From positions 14,010,364-14,074,363 of the forward strand of contig NC_057719.1 of assembly GCF_004010195.1 (NCBI RefSeq): a stretch of DNA of 64,000 bases, read 5' to 3'. The number at the start of each line of letters is the position of its first letter. Positions within the stretch are counted from its first letter, which is position 1. Source of the stretch: Chiloscyllium plagiosum. Lineage: Eukaryota. Shown piece by piece: positions 23,896 to 36,652 of this stretch. The notes under the pieces are model-generated. The model did no database searches. It worked only from the letters and a program-made list of their open reading frames with translations, and was not told the origin of the DNA. The translations under genes were made by a program, and so were the position numbers.

Positions 23896-25371
23896 CTTTT
23901 CTCTCGCTTTTCTTTATAACTGGAAATGTTATCACACACGACTGAATGACTTCTCCCACCACCAAATCACTTTGACTGTTTTTTGTAAACTACTAACGAT
24001 CGCCAGTAATCACCCGTGTAGCCAATCAAATATTTACAAACAAATGGGATTATAGGCAATGTGAACCTTCAAAAGTGAGGGGGAGGTCGGGAGAGAGTGG
24101 AAGGAGCTAAATCAAAATGGAGTTGGAGAGGGAAATAACCCCCTACAATGCCCATCTCTATCTAAGTGCATTGGTGGACAACATATGCTCCCTCTTCAAG
24201 GACATGAACATTCCCGCGGTAGAGGGGCAGACAAGGGGTCTGCTTTATAAAGGGCAAAGGTGATGAGTTTAGCTGGGCAGACCATTGTCTGTTGTCAAGG
24301 GAATGAGCTTCACAAGGAGATTAATTAGTGATTCCCCAAAAGGGAAATCGAACAATAGTCATTCAGAAATGTAAAAAATGACTGATAAAATACAGTACAG
24401 AAGATTAGACCTAGTTCCTGTTTGAAAGTGGATAGGAGCAATAGCCAGGAAGTTTACTCTGAATGTCAGTTTTTCAGCCATGGTTATCTCGATGGAGATT
24501 GACTTCAATTAATATTGGGATGTGTCAGTCTTTGTCTTTCAGGTGAGTTGGAATTATCTGAAGACCTGATTGTCTGCTAGTTGAAGGTACTTACATCTAA
24601 GTTGTTCCATCTTTTTTTCCAGATGTAAACCCAATGCAGGGTGGAGCCCTGCATGGTCATTCTTCTTCATTTTCTGACAGGCCTGTTCAATGCTGCCCAA
24701 TTCCATGCCATTCTTGTACATGGATTGATTCACAGTTTTACAGCAGTGATGTACGTACAGTCTGGCTAAAACCTGTTCAAGAGCAGTTTCTTTGGCTGCA
24801 CTTGACGTAACTGAGGTTATGTTGCAGTTTTCAGAGTGAGGAGAGCAAACTTGAAAAGGTAACTTCCCCACAATTTGTTGATGGCAATTATCCCACTGAC
24901 GGATGTTATTGTCCAGGCAGAATGAATGGCATACAATGCGACTTTTATTACTAGTTTACAGCAGCTGAGAGGGCAGATGTGGTGCCAGTTTATCATCTTA
25001 GCTGAAAGACTGCACACTCATTAGAACAACACCTCCTTGGACTCTGAAAAAAAGTCACCAAACTCGAAACGTTTCTTTCTCACTCTCTCTCTCTTCACAG
25101 ATGCAGCCAGTTCTGCAGAGATTCTCCAGTTGCAGATTTCCAGCATCTGCAGCATTTTGCTTCCAAAGCTTGCTCAGTAATGCAGCTTCCTCAGTAATGT
25201 AGAGGTGTGCCGACGCAGGTAATGTGCTCAAGTGTGAGACTTGCACTCAGAACCTTCTGACTTAGAACTGAGAGCTCTAACTCCCAATCACAGCTAAAAC
25301 CTCAAAACAGTTGTCAGAAAGGAAGAGTAAAGGATTTGTAATTAATGCAGCTCTGTTGGTTTTACTAAAGA

Positions 25372-25445
25372 CGTATATACATAATATATATATATATGTG
25401 TATATATACATACACATAATATATGTATATATACATACATATATA
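25372..25445 (+). repeat. Imperfect (TA)n/(CA)n microsatellite
   Basis: Direct reading. Confidence 0.85.
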
Positions 25446-25457
25446 AAAAAAATCTAT

Positions 25458-25880
25458 TGGGAAAGGCTGAATAGTCTGGGTCTGTTTTCCCTGGAGCATC
25501 GGAGGCTGAGGGGTGACTTATAGATGTTTATCAAATCATGAGGGGCATAGATAGGATAAATAGACAAGGGGAGTGGGGGAGTCCAGAACTAGAGAGCATA
25601 GGTTTAAGGTGAGAGGGGAAAGGTTTAAAAGGAACCTGAGGGACAACCTTTTCATTCAGAGGGTGGTGCATTTGTGGAATGAGCTGCCAGAGGATGTGGT
25701 GGAGGCTGGTACAATTACAACATTTAAAAGGCATCTGGATGGGTATATGAATAGGAAGGGTTTAGAGGAATATGTGCCAAGTGCTGCCAAATGGGACTAG
25801 ATCAATTTAGGATATCTGGCTGGCATGGATGAGTTGGATCAAAGGGTCTGTTCCATGCTGTACATATTTATGATTCTATA
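25458..25880 (+). mobile_element. HER1-type CR1 3' fragment
   Basis: ERLNSLGLFSLEHRRLRGDL; QRVVHLWNELPEDVVEAG; HER1-type tail. Confidence 0.9.
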
Positions 25881-26711
25881 TATGCAATTGATGTTATGAA
25901 ACTAATAATAAGACTTAGATGCAATGAAGATATTCAAATATATAAAATATGTACATAACTGATGATTTTAAACTGCTAAGTTTTGCATGTAACAAAGATA
26001 TATAACTTATATGCAACCGATAATATGGAATCAACCTGAACACATTTATTCATCACAAAGGAAGTAAACCACTGTCGACACCTCACTGAGAAATGAATAG
26101 ATTCACAAGAAACTATAAATGCTTGCTGCTGTAATTTTATTTACTTTTTTCCCTCACATAAATAAACTTTGAAAAAATAAGCCCTTAAAGATTTGATTAT
26201 AATACACTTTCAAGGCAACCGCAGTTTTGCAAATGGTTGTTTGGGCAACAGCTGTTGCTGATTTCTGGTTGGAAGCGGGTTAACGACAAGTTTCCACCCA
26301 AGCCAGATTGAAAGATGTCAAGGTTCCAATTATCAACTTCAACAAATGAAAACTTTGAAAAATAAACTGCAGAAATACTCATTTTGATGGAAGCGGTTGT
26401 AAAGAATCTGGAATGTCACACACATAATCAAAGCAGTACTTTCTCTAACCTTCATGACTTCCATCTTCTCTGGATGATGGGATGATCTTTGAGTCAATCG
26501 GTATTCATACACTTGTTATCTAACCAGGATCTTTCTGCTAACTTATCATCGTTGTAATTATTCATGTATACACCTTGACAGTGAGCACCAGCAGCTTACC
26601 CATGTCGATCGATCTATACTGGCCATGTAAGAAGACCATCACAGCCAAGCCTGAAGCTATTCAGAGTCATATATATTGAGATCCACTGTTGCAAGAAGAA
26701 ACATAATTAGA

Positions 26712-26842
26712 TTCCACAACCACCTGATGAAGGAGCAGTGCTCCGAAAGCTAGTGCTTCCAAATAAACCTGTTGCACTATCACCTGGTGTTGTGTGATTT
26801 TTAACTTTGTACACCCCAGTCCAACACCGGCACCTCCAAACC
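26712..26842 (+). mobile_element. Short PLE-derived element, family A
   Basis: Matches the PLE 3' end at 36481-36717; TSD-like taattaga / taatcaga. Confidence 0.87.
26718..26758 (+). ncRNA. Minimal type-I hammerhead ribozyme motif (family A), intact
   Basis: aaccac-CTGATGA-a-GGAGC-agt-GCTCC-GAAA-gc-TA-gtgctt; helix I cac/gtg, palindromic AGCT. Confidence 0.8.
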
Positions 26843-27343
26843 GTAATCAGAATGATAGCTAGAAGCTTTGGGTGTTGGTTAGCTCAATTAGCTGAACAGC
26901 TGATCTGCAACACAGAGAAACAGAAACAGTGTGGGGTCAATTATTGATTTGGCTGAGGTTATCATGAAGCTTGCTCCTTTTCAACTGAACAATGGTGACT
27001 CTCAAGTTGAATCACTGCCAGTCATCTCTCTTGAATGAGAGAGTAGGACTATGGTGACTTCCTTTTCTACAAGAAAGTAAGGCTGTCACCCCTGAAAAGT
27101 TGAGCAAAGAAGAAATGAAAACTGACTGGCTGGAAAAGGTTCTTTTCTGGGTCACTGATTGAAGAAATTTGACTTCCCCTCCCAACACTATTCCCAAGAT
27201 TTTGACTGAGGATTTGAAGGTTAGGTTCTCTGATTGTATTAATTTGTTTTCAGGGAAATCAAACACAAAATTTGTTCTCATAAATATTTGCATTTTCTGT
27301 TTAACAGAAAAATGCACCTATCGATGGAAGCAGCTCAAGAACA

Positions 27344-27663
27344 TTAGATTAGATTAGATTACTTTACAGTGTGGAAACAGGCCCTTCGGGCCAACAAGTC
27401 CACACCGACCCGCCGAAGCGAAACCCACCCATACCCCTACATTTACCCCTTACCTAACACTACGGGCAATTTAGCATGGCCAATTCACCTGACCCTGCAC
27501 ATCTTTTGGACTGTGGGAGGAAACCGGAGCACCCGGAGGAAACCCACGCAGACACGGGGAGAACGTGCAAACTCCACACAGTCAGTCACCTGAGGCGGGA
27601 ATTGAACCCGGGTCTCAGGCGCTGTGAGGCAGCAGTGCTAACCACTGTGCCACCGTGCCGCCC
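27344..27663 (-). mobile_element. HE1 SINE, full length, well preserved
   Basis: Complete tRNA-derived head with A and B boxes (ggttcaattccc), V domain and (taatc)n tail. Confidence 0.95.
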
Positions 27664-28112
27664 ATTAGTGAGCCTTTGTGCTTGCAATTCTTGTGTAGAC
27701 TTTATTGGAAGAGCAAGTATGACTTTGATGCCTCCTGCTGGATCCAATAAATCTCTGGTGCAGATCTGTAGCTGCACACAGTTGCCTGATGAATGGGAGG
27801 CTGTTACTCCCTTCTTTGGAGAGGAGAGAATTCTCTAGCTACCTTCTCCTTCCCCTTACTCCAGAGTTATACACAATCTAGGACCAGATGACTTCTGGCA
27901 GACTGAGGAGTTGGCCACTGCCAAATACCTGAAAGTGATTGAACATCCAGCTGGGGGAATGCAAAGCTGTGTCCATTTAACAGCTGGTGAAACTGGTGAA
28001 CGCTTGGAATCATCCAGGACTGAAACATAAACAGGGCTGTTTGACAGTGGAATCAACTATGTCCTTTCACCTATGATACTCCCATGGTGCAAATAGCTAA
28101 ACATCTCTTCTA

Positions 28113-28780
28113 TTGGAAAAAAGTGAGGACTGCAGAGTGGAAAAGTGTGGTGCTGGAAAAGCACAGCAGCATCTGAGGGAGCAGGAAATAGTGATAGATC
28201 AGAGGGGAGATGCAACAGATAGGTGGAAAGGAAGATGGACAAGTAGGACAGTTCAAGACAGTTCAAGTAGGACAGTTCAAGGACAGTGCTGAGTTGGAGG
28301 GTTGGATCTGGGATGGGGGGGAGGAGGAAAGATGAGGAAACTGGTGAAATCAATGTTGATGCCGCGTGTTTGAAGGGTCCCAAAGTGGAAAATGAGGTGT
28401 TCTTCCTCCAGGCACCGGGAGGCTTGGATTTAGCAGCTGAGGCGGCCCAGGAAATGCATATCTTTGGCAGAGTGGAACTGAGAGTTAAAGTGTTCAGCCA
28501 CTGGGTGATGGGGTTGTTTGGTGCCTGTGTGCCAGAGATGTTCTCTGAAACATTGGCATCCTGTCTCCCCAATGTAAGGAGACCACACATAGAGAAATCG
28601 ACACAGTTGGTGAGGTGTTTGGATGTGCAGAAAAGCCTCTGCCGGATGTGAAAATATCTTTTGGGACTTTGGATGGAGGTGAGGGGGAGGTGTGGGTGCC
28701 GGTTTTACACCTCTTGTGGTGGTAAGGGAGGATGCCAGGACCGAGGGGTGGGCTGGTTTGCCAGTTGGGGTGGTGGTGGG
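28113..28780 (-). mobile_element. PLE 3' fragment (Cys linker, GIY-YIG, terminal region), family B parent
   Basis: Minus frames HHKRCKT, YVWSPYIGETGCQCFREHL, EKNTSFSTLG; ends in the family B tail. Confidence 0.85.
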
Positions 28781-28884
28781 TACAGTTCCATCTGCTCCTT
28801 CCTTGCTTTGACCCACTGACTGTGTGATACTCCCTGCTTTCACCCACTGCGCCACATTACAATGAAATCATAGCTGACCTGTTG

Positions 28885-29325
28885 GGATGACATAGTGGTT
28901 CAGTGGTTAGCACTGCTACCTCACAGCGCTAGGGACCTGGGTTCAATTCTAGCTTCAGTCTATTGTCTGCGTGGAGTTTGCACAATCTCCCTACATCTGC
29001 ATGATTTCCTCTGGATGGAGAAAGTGAGAATTTCCTGATGAAGGGCTTATGCCCGAAACGTCGATTCTCCTGCTCCTCGGATGCTGCCTGACCTGTTGTG
29101 CTTTTCCAGTACCACACTCTTTCCTCTGGATGCTCAAGTTTCCTTCCATGGTCCAACGATGTGTAGGTTACGGCGGATTGGCCATGCTAAATTGCCTATT
29201 GTGTCCAGGGATGTGCAGGCTAGGTGGGTTAGCCATGCAGGGTTACAGGGATATTTCTGGGTGGGATGCCCTTCATAGGAGTGGTGTGGACCCGATGAGC
29301 CGAATGTCCTGCTTCCAATCTGTAG
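28885..29325 (+). mobile_element. HE1 SINE interrupted by a family B insertion
   Basis: gtggttcagtggttagcactgctacctcacagcgc head; body resumes after 29132. Confidence 0.88.
29018..29119 (+). mobile_element. Short PLE-derived element, family B, with intact hammerhead core (29032-29066)
   Basis: ttc-CTGATGA-a-GGGC-ttat-GCCC-GAAA-cg-TC-gat; perfect 13-bp TSD tttcctctggatg (29005-29017 / 29120-29132); short inverted piece gagaaagtgag at the 5' junction. Confidence 0.88.
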
Positions 29326-31164
29326 TCCACTGTCATCTTCTCAGGGCAACCAGGATGAGTAAGGGCCATAATCTGTCATGAAAGTGAATCAATAGTTATT
29401 ACTGATGGGCACTGCAGACTCTGACAGTTTTCTATTTGCTTTTGTGCACACAAGAAGCATTCTGTTTACAAAATTAGAATAATGCAGTCCTCTCTCTCTG
29501 AAACTTAGATTTGATTTCCAGCCCAGGCAATTCACTTATGTGTATAAGGGTCCAAATTAAGTAAGTTTGGATACTTTGTTCTATTTCTTAAAGTACAGAA
29601 ATCAGTGTATACATCATTCTATGAGTCCTGTATTTCTGTATAGATCCCAAAGGGATTGTATTGGTAACAGGATAATTTACAGCAAATGTTTCTCCACACC
29701 TCGCTAGATTATAAAAATATGTTTGTATTGTTGTAACTGTGCTGAGTGTGTGCCTGTGTTCGACTCCCAGAATTGAAAGTAAGTAACCCACCAAGCCATT
29801 CACTTCACTCCCTCATCTCTTATGAAAGAAAACAATGGATAAAATTCAAAAAACTTTTTAATATAAATGCACGCCCTCCTGATCATATTGATGTATGCCA
29901 GTCTTAGTTTGTATTCTCAACATTGCCTTAGTCACTGCAATATTTGCATTACTAACAAACTAATCTCTTGCTCCATGCTTGCTGAATAATGTTTTGAGCC
30001 ACACTTGATCAGAAGCAATAGCTAAAAAGAAACCTGAGCTATTGTATTTAATCATCTGCAGGGACTTTAATTATAGTGAGGAGTGCACTTCAATCTTAAA
30101 GTAATTGCAGCTTGCCCCTGGTCTTTTTTAGTGCACAAGCCTCCAATCAAGCTAAGGTAATGAAAGTCCTGAAACAGGGAAATTTTTTTCTTCATTACTG
30201 ATGGGTATTCATCAAGAAGATAATCTCATTAATGCTCTCTATCAGCCATTTCTTTAATAATTCCCATCTTATTATAACTCTTCACGAAGGAAATGCCATC
30301 ATTATCATGTTTTAATTGGGTTGTTTTGAAGCCCATGTAGTATTCATGTACGGAACCAAATTTTTCCGCAGAGTTTTCCTGGTGTCCATTCTTATTACTG
30401 TGCACATGGAACTCTGCATAATACAACATCCCTTAACAAAGCCAGTAAGAAATACCATGACAGATTTTAATTAGCCGATTATTAAATAAGAGAATCATAT
30501 CTATTCAGGTTTCTTGCAAGAGATCTTGGATAAAGGAGTATTATAATTAAATCTGTATTATTCAAGTCAAGAGCCTTAATAGCATTAGTTAACAAAGTTC
30601 TATATAAATAAATATTCTGACAAGAACAAATGTTTTCCATTCTTCTTCCATGACTTTAATTAATTCCATGTTCCAGAGGGAGGAGAGATGATTCTAAGTG
30701 TCATCAGTATGTCAATAGATAACAAAGTTAATCTGGATGCAAAAGAGAAATGAAGCAAATGTAATATATTAGGTTCTGCCATTGTCCTTTCACTTTAAGT
30801 AATGAGAAATAAATTGGGTTATTACTTTGACCTTTCATGTTAGAATGGGTACAATGGCAAGAGAACTGGCGGACACAAGGAGAATATTTTTACAAAATAT
30901 TGAGTGATTCTCCCTCAGCCCTGAGGTGAGAAGAAGCCCCCAGTGTCACCCATCTCACCAACCTCCCTTCCAAAAAAATGCCCTTTTCACATCCTGCTCA
31001 CCATCAGTGATGGCACAAGGCTCCACCCAATGTTTCGAACCCAAAGGTGCCCTTTTTTCTCCCAGCTCTCTCCATTTCAGTTTTACAGGAGGTGGAATGT
31101 TGGAGCCAGCCAGGACTATAGTGAAATAATCAAATCTAAAGGTTAAATATAAAGACATGAATGA

Positions 31165-31635
31165 GAGCAGCACGGTGACTTGGTGGTTAGCACTGCTGCC
31201 TCACAGCACCAGGGATCCAGCTGCAATTTCCCCCCATGGGCAACTATCCGTATGCAGTTTGCACGTTCTCACCGGCCCTGCATGGGTTTCTGTCACGTAC
31301 TCAGGTTTCTTCCCACAGTCCAAAGAGGGTTTGGAGGGATATGGGCCGGGTGCTGGCAGGTGGGACTAGATTGGGTTGGGATATCTGGTCGGAATGGATA
31401 GGTTATACCGAAGGGTCTGTTTCCATGCTGTACATCTCTATGACTCTATGTGCAGGTTAGGTAGATTGACCATGGGAAATTGCTCACACTGTCCAGGGAT
31501 GTGCAAATTAGGTGCATTAGCCATGGGAAATGCAGGGTTATAGGGTAGGGGGATGGGTCTGGGTGAGATGCTCTTCAGAGGGTCGATGTGGACTTGTTGG
31601 GCTGAATAGCCTGTTTCTAAACTGTAGGGATTCTA
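31165..31635 (+). mobile_element. HE1 SINE with a HER1 3' tail (31327-31448) inserted
   Basis: HE1 cagtccaaaga|tgtgcagg is split by gggtttggagggatatggg...catctctatgactcta. Confidence 0.87.
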
Positions 31636-31674
31636 AGAGAATTTCACTGGCAGATGAGTCAAGACAGTAGCAAA

Positions 31675-32613
31675 TGTTATGAAGTGTGTACTGTACCTTT
31701 AAGAGAGAGTGAATGCTGTCTTGCAGCGAGAGCTGACAAGCACCTGTCATATGACTAACTAGCTGTCCCAGAATATACAGAGGAACCACAATTATCCAGC
31801 ATTCAATTATCTGAATATCGGATTATCCGGCAAGATCGCAAGGTCCCGATGCTTGACAAAACGATGTTATCCGGCATTCAATTATCTGGGATTCAATTAA
31901 CCAAGCGAAATACTCTCTGCCCGTGTCCTGCAGATAATTGCGGTTCCTCTGTACTGGAAAATTCTAAATTTGCAACATTTGGCTGTGAAATAGATATCTG
32001 AATTGGTTGCTGTTTTGATAATAATTCAAATTTAACCAATCAGTTTAAATTATGCCCCAGGATACTAAAACCCAATTGAGTTTGAATTTATTGTTTTGCC
32101 AACCTTAAATCAATGAAATGATCCAATGTTGGGGGTATAAAAAAATGACAGGCAGTTTAAACGTGAGACAGAGTAACTACCATCATCAGAGTTACTGACA
32201 TTGAGACACTTTCTATCAAAGGCACCTTTTAATATAAAAAAAAATCACAGTGAAAGAAAGAAAATGACGCAAGGAGTTCTTCAGCCGGAAGAAGAGAGAC
32301 ACAGATGATGACAACCACTGTATGATTTTGAATTTAAGCTGATGTAATTTTAATAAGTGTTTTTATGAGAACAATATATTGTTATAGAGCTGGAGGTAGA
32401 TAATAAGCAGTTAAGAGGAGGGGGGCTTAGAGTTGTGAATAGTTATTGTTTGATGTTCACTTTTAGAGTTAAGGAATAAATTGATATTATTTTCTTTAAA
32501 TAGTGGAACTTGAGAGTTCTCGGTCACTCGTACTTTAACAGATTATGAGGCAAGGTGAACTTTTCTGAGTGTTTGGTTTAATTAAGAGAAGGGTTCACCG
32601 ACGTGTCATAATG
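31675..32613 (+). mobile_element. Solo LTR (Gypsy-type)
   Basis: Termini tgttatga / tcataatg (terminal CA read as mutated), 4-bp TSD caaa, TATA box tataaaa near 32136 and AATAAA near 32475. Confidence 0.65.
31778..31951. mobile_element. Tc1/mariner-superfamily (pogo/Tigger-like) MITE
   Basis: TIRs cagaggaaccacaattatc / gataattgcggttcctctg, TA on both sides, internal (caattatc) subrepeats. Confidence 0.88.
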
Positions 32614-33721
32614 CAAATTTTGATGAAATTATAGAGGAGGAAGAACCTTTGTGATGTATAAATCTGTAGGTCAGAAACTCATCTCCGGGTGAGATATGGA
32701 ACAGAGTCATTTATTCTCAGGATTTTGCCAAAGAGACAGATGTAGTCATTAGGGAATGGATAAGACAGCAAATAATGACTTTAGTTCTACCAATATATAA
32801 CTGAACGACATTTGCATCATAAATCCATGAAATATAGGAGCAAAATTAGGCCATTCAGCCCATTTCCAGAAGGTATTTGGTAAGTTTCCACATCAAAGGT
32901 TATTATTGAAAATAAATACACATTAGTTTGGATATAGGATTGGCTGTCCAGCAGAGTGCATTCATAAACGGGTCATTGCCTGATTGGCAGGACATGATGA
33001 TGAAAGTCCTGCAGTGTTGATTTGAAGATTTGATGGGATTTTCTGGACTCGTGTCATAACCCAAAGAAAAGAAAAAATCAATTGAAATCACCGTAACGGA
33101 ATTGCTGCATACTGCCAATAGGAAGAAAATCTGTAACAGCAGTAGGTCGGCAGAAATCATCGTCATTACTGAAGAAAATTCAGACAACAGAAACCAAAAT
33201 CTGCTCGAAGATCAGACAAGGAGAGAAAATGTGAAGAACACAGTTCACTCAAGCTTCCTCATTAATCCTTAACTGAAATTGTACAGGCACCAACATTGTC
33301 TGGTGAAAAGTGCAAATCAGGATTTAAATTTGATGTTAGATGACAAAACAACACAAGTTAAAGAGGATTAAGTCAATTCCTCATCTCTGAAAGAAGAATT
33401 ATCCATACATAAGACAGAGCTAAGTCAGCAGAATCCTCAAGCCATGAGTAAAGATGTGAATGTGTTTTTTTCACCAGGAAGACAATGCCAGTTGGTGAGT
33501 AAAGATTTTCAACCTAATCTACCAGTTAAAGTAAAGACCTTACACGTTGTCAACAACATCAACTAATTGACGCTAAAGATTTGTTTCATCAGATTGAGGA
33601 TGGGTTGTACTTGGTTCCGTGGAGGGCAACGTTGAGTTGAACAACCAATGATTACAGACTCAGGACAGGGTGGAGACTTGCGGTCCAGAAATCCATGAAA
33701 CTACACAAAAAAAAAGAAAAT

Positions 33722-33842
33722 CAAGGAACTACAAATGCTAGAAATTAGAAGCAAAAATAGAAAATGATGGAGAAACTCAGCAGGTCTGGCAACATCTATG
33801 GAGAGAAAGCTAAAGTTCAGGTCCAGTAATCCTTCCTCAGAA
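33722..33842 (-). mobile_element. Short PLE-derived element, family C, decayed
   Basis: Minus strand ttCTGAGGAaggattactggacctgaac...agatgttgccagacctgctgag; aaagaaaat repeated on both sides. Confidence 0.65.
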
Positions 33843-34101
33843 AGAAAATGAAAATGCTAGTTTCAACAGATCAGCAACAAAGGGAATTCAGAAGAATGAA
33901 AAGTCTCTGAGGTGATGTTATGGGTAAACCTAATTTAACAAGGAGGATACCTCTGTGAACGAAATTCAGGAAAATAAGGATCCTCCAAATAAGAGAACGG
34001 ACTGACTTTCTGGTTTAACAGTTATGACATCCTCAGCAAAGAACATCCAAAGGATAAAAGTCTAGAGATTCATTCAGAATAGAACAGATTACTGCAAGGA
34101 A

Positions 34102-35412
34102 GTGTGCCGACAACTTAACAACCAGGAATACTACAGGCAACTACCAGCCGATCCAACCAAAGTGCACACCCGTGAACTAAACATATTGATCAGGACTTTG
34201 GATCCAGTCCTTCAGAGTTCCCTAAGCGCCCTCATCCCACATACCGCTCGCATAGACGACTTCTACTGCCTTCCGAAGATACACAAAGCCAACACACCAG
34301 GATGTCCCATCGTATCAGGCAATGGGAACCTCTCTGGTCATGTCGAAAGCACCTTGAAACCCATTGTACAGGGGACCCCCAGCTTCTGTCGCGACACTAC
34401 AAATTTCTTACAGAAACTCAGCACCCATGGACCAGGCGAACTGGGAACATTCCTCGTCACAATGGATGTTTCCGCACTCTACACCAGCATCCTCCACAAT
34501 GATGGCATCGTGGCAACAGCCTCAGTACTCAACACCTACAACTGTCAATCTCAGAGCATCATCCTCCAACTCATCTGCTTTATCCTCGACCACAATGATT
34601 TCACCTTTGACAACCAGTTCTTCATCCAGACACACGGAACAACCATGGGGACCAAACTTGCACCCCAATATGCCAACATTTTCATGCACAGGTCCGAACA
34701 AGACTTTTTCTCTATGCAGGACCTCCTATCAACACTATACACCAGGTACATTGACAACATTTTTTTCCTCTGGACCAATGGTCAGGAGTCACTGAAACCA
34801 CTACATAGTGATATCAGCAAGATTCATCCCACCATCAAACTCATCATGGACTACTCTCTAATATCTGTCTCATTCTTGGACACATGCATCTCCAGCCAGG
34901 ATGGGCACCTCAGCACCTCACTCTACCGCAAAGCCACAGATAACCTCCCGAAACATATTAAAACAGCCATCCCCTATGGACAAGCCCTACACATACACAG
35001 GATCTGTTCAGATGAGGAGGAACATGACGGGCACCTGGAAGCGCTCAAGGATGCCCTCATAAGAACAGGGTATGATGTCCAACTCATCGACTACCATTTC
35101 CAATGTGCCACAGCAAGAAACCGGAATGACCTCCTCAGGAGACAGCCACGTGCTGCAACCGACCGGGTACCCTTCGTTGTCCAGTACTTCCCAGGAGCCA
35201 AAAAACTATGCCATGTTCTTCGCAGTCTGCAACAAATTATCAATGAGGATAAGCACCTCGCTAAGACCTTCCCCACACCTCCACCTCCACTGCTCACCTT
35301 TAAACAACCACCAAACCTCAAACAGATCATTGTTCGCAGCAAATTGCCCAGCTTTCAGGACAACACCATACAACCTTGTCACAGTAGACATTGCAAGACG
35401 TATCAGTATTGA
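34102..35412 (+). pseudogene. PLE reverse transcriptase (inactivated)
   Basis: FYCLPKIHK, PIVS, MDVSALYTSI, GTTMGTKLAPQYANIFM, RYIDNIF (catalytic DD changed to DN), FLD; small deletions. Confidence 0.9.
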
Positions 35413-35430
35413 CACGGATGCCACCATTAC

Positions 35431-35790
35431 ATGTGGGAACACCTCCCACCATGTACGTATTCATGCAACTCAGCCAGCGTTGTCTGTCTCATATGCTGCA
35501 GGCAAGGATGCCCTGAGGCATGGTGCCTTGGTGAAACCAAGCAGACACTACGACAATGGATGAACGGACACTGCACAACAATCCCCAGACAGCAGTGTTC
35601 CCTCCCAGTTGGGGAACACTTCAGCGGTCCAGGACATTTGACCTCAGACCTTTGGGTGACCATCCTCCAAGGTGGACTTCAGGACAAGCAACAGCGCAAA
35701 GTGTCCAAGCAGAGGCTGACAACCAAGTTCAGTACCCATAGGGGTTGGTCTCAACCAAGACCTTGGGTTCATGTCACACTCCAGGTAAAC
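35431..35790 (+). pseudogene. PLE GIY-YIG endonuclease (frameshifted from RT)
   Basis: YSCNSASVVCLICCRQGCPEAWCLGETKQTLRQWMNGH...PVGEHF; the motif tyrosines are mutated. Confidence 0.85.
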
Positions 35791-36484
35791 TCACTGCACT
35801 ACACACACATGCACTAACACACACACACTCTCTCTCTCACACACGCACACACACTCACTCTCTCTCTCACACACGTACATACACAAACGCACACACACAT
35901 AAGCACTCTCACACACTCCAACAGACCTATACACTCACACAGACCCTCTCTCATACACAAGATCTCTCTCATACACTCACATATACACTCCCACACTCTC
36001 ACATGCACCCTCTCACAGACTTATACCCCTTTACATTCACACTCACATACATACACACACTCTCTCACAGACACTCATTACCCCCCACACGCATACACAC
36101 ACACCCACATAGTTTTGTGGGGTGAATTTGTACTTGTAGAGTTACATTTTACCTTGCTCAGAAACTGCATGAATCCATGTAAGATTCTGTAAATCTGTTT
36201 TTTAGATTAGAATCAGTCTGACCATTAGGGCACAGACAGTCTCACACAAGGCAGCCCACACCTTCAATGCATTATCTGGGCCCACATGGCACCTATCGTT
36301 AAAGTTCACTTGCGAATGTAACTTGAAGAAAGTTCTGGAATTTACACATGAAAGAACTGAAACCAACATGCCCATTCTAAAAGATAAGAGACTTAAACAA
36401 TCCAGGTCTTCTTCAATATATAATTTCAGTTACATCACACTGTAAATCTTTGCTATAAATTCTGTGTCCTACAATCTTATATTC

Positions 36485-36520
36485 CACCTGATGAAGGAGC
36501 AGTGCTCCGAAAGCTAGTAT
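36485..36520 (+). ncRNA. Minimal hammerhead motif at the PLE 3' terminal repeat (family A)
   Basis: cac-CTGATGA-a-GGAGC-agt-GCTCC-GAAA-gc-TA-gt. Confidence 0.75.
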
Positions 36521-36550
36521 TTCCGAATAAACCTGTTGGACTATAACCTG

Positions 36551-36652
36551 TTGGTCCACAACCACCTGATGAAGGGCTTATGCCCGAAACGTCAACTCTC
36601 CTGCTCCTTGGATGCTGCCTGACCTGCTGCGCTTTCCCAGCAACACACTCTT
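36551..36652 (+). mobile_element. Chimeric family A/B short PLE insertion inside the PLE terminal region
   Basis: Family A 5' part ccacaaccacctgatgaagg joined to family B gcttatgcccgaaacgtc...; 12-bp TSD gactataacctg (36539-36550 / 36653-36664). Confidence 0.82.

Noticed and set aside
27590..27663. tRNA-like sequence with A and B boxes as a tRNA gene
   Set aside because: It is the head of an HE1 SINE and continues into the V domain and tail, as in the other copies.
34102..35412. 436-aa ORF as a functional or domesticated gene
   Set aside because: Catalytic DD reads DN, there are internal deletions, the element is 5'-truncated, and the endonuclease is frameshifted with mutated motif tyrosines.
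35745..36125. His/Thr-rich 126-aa ORF
   Set aside because: It is a translation of the CA-rich 3' UTR of the PLE.
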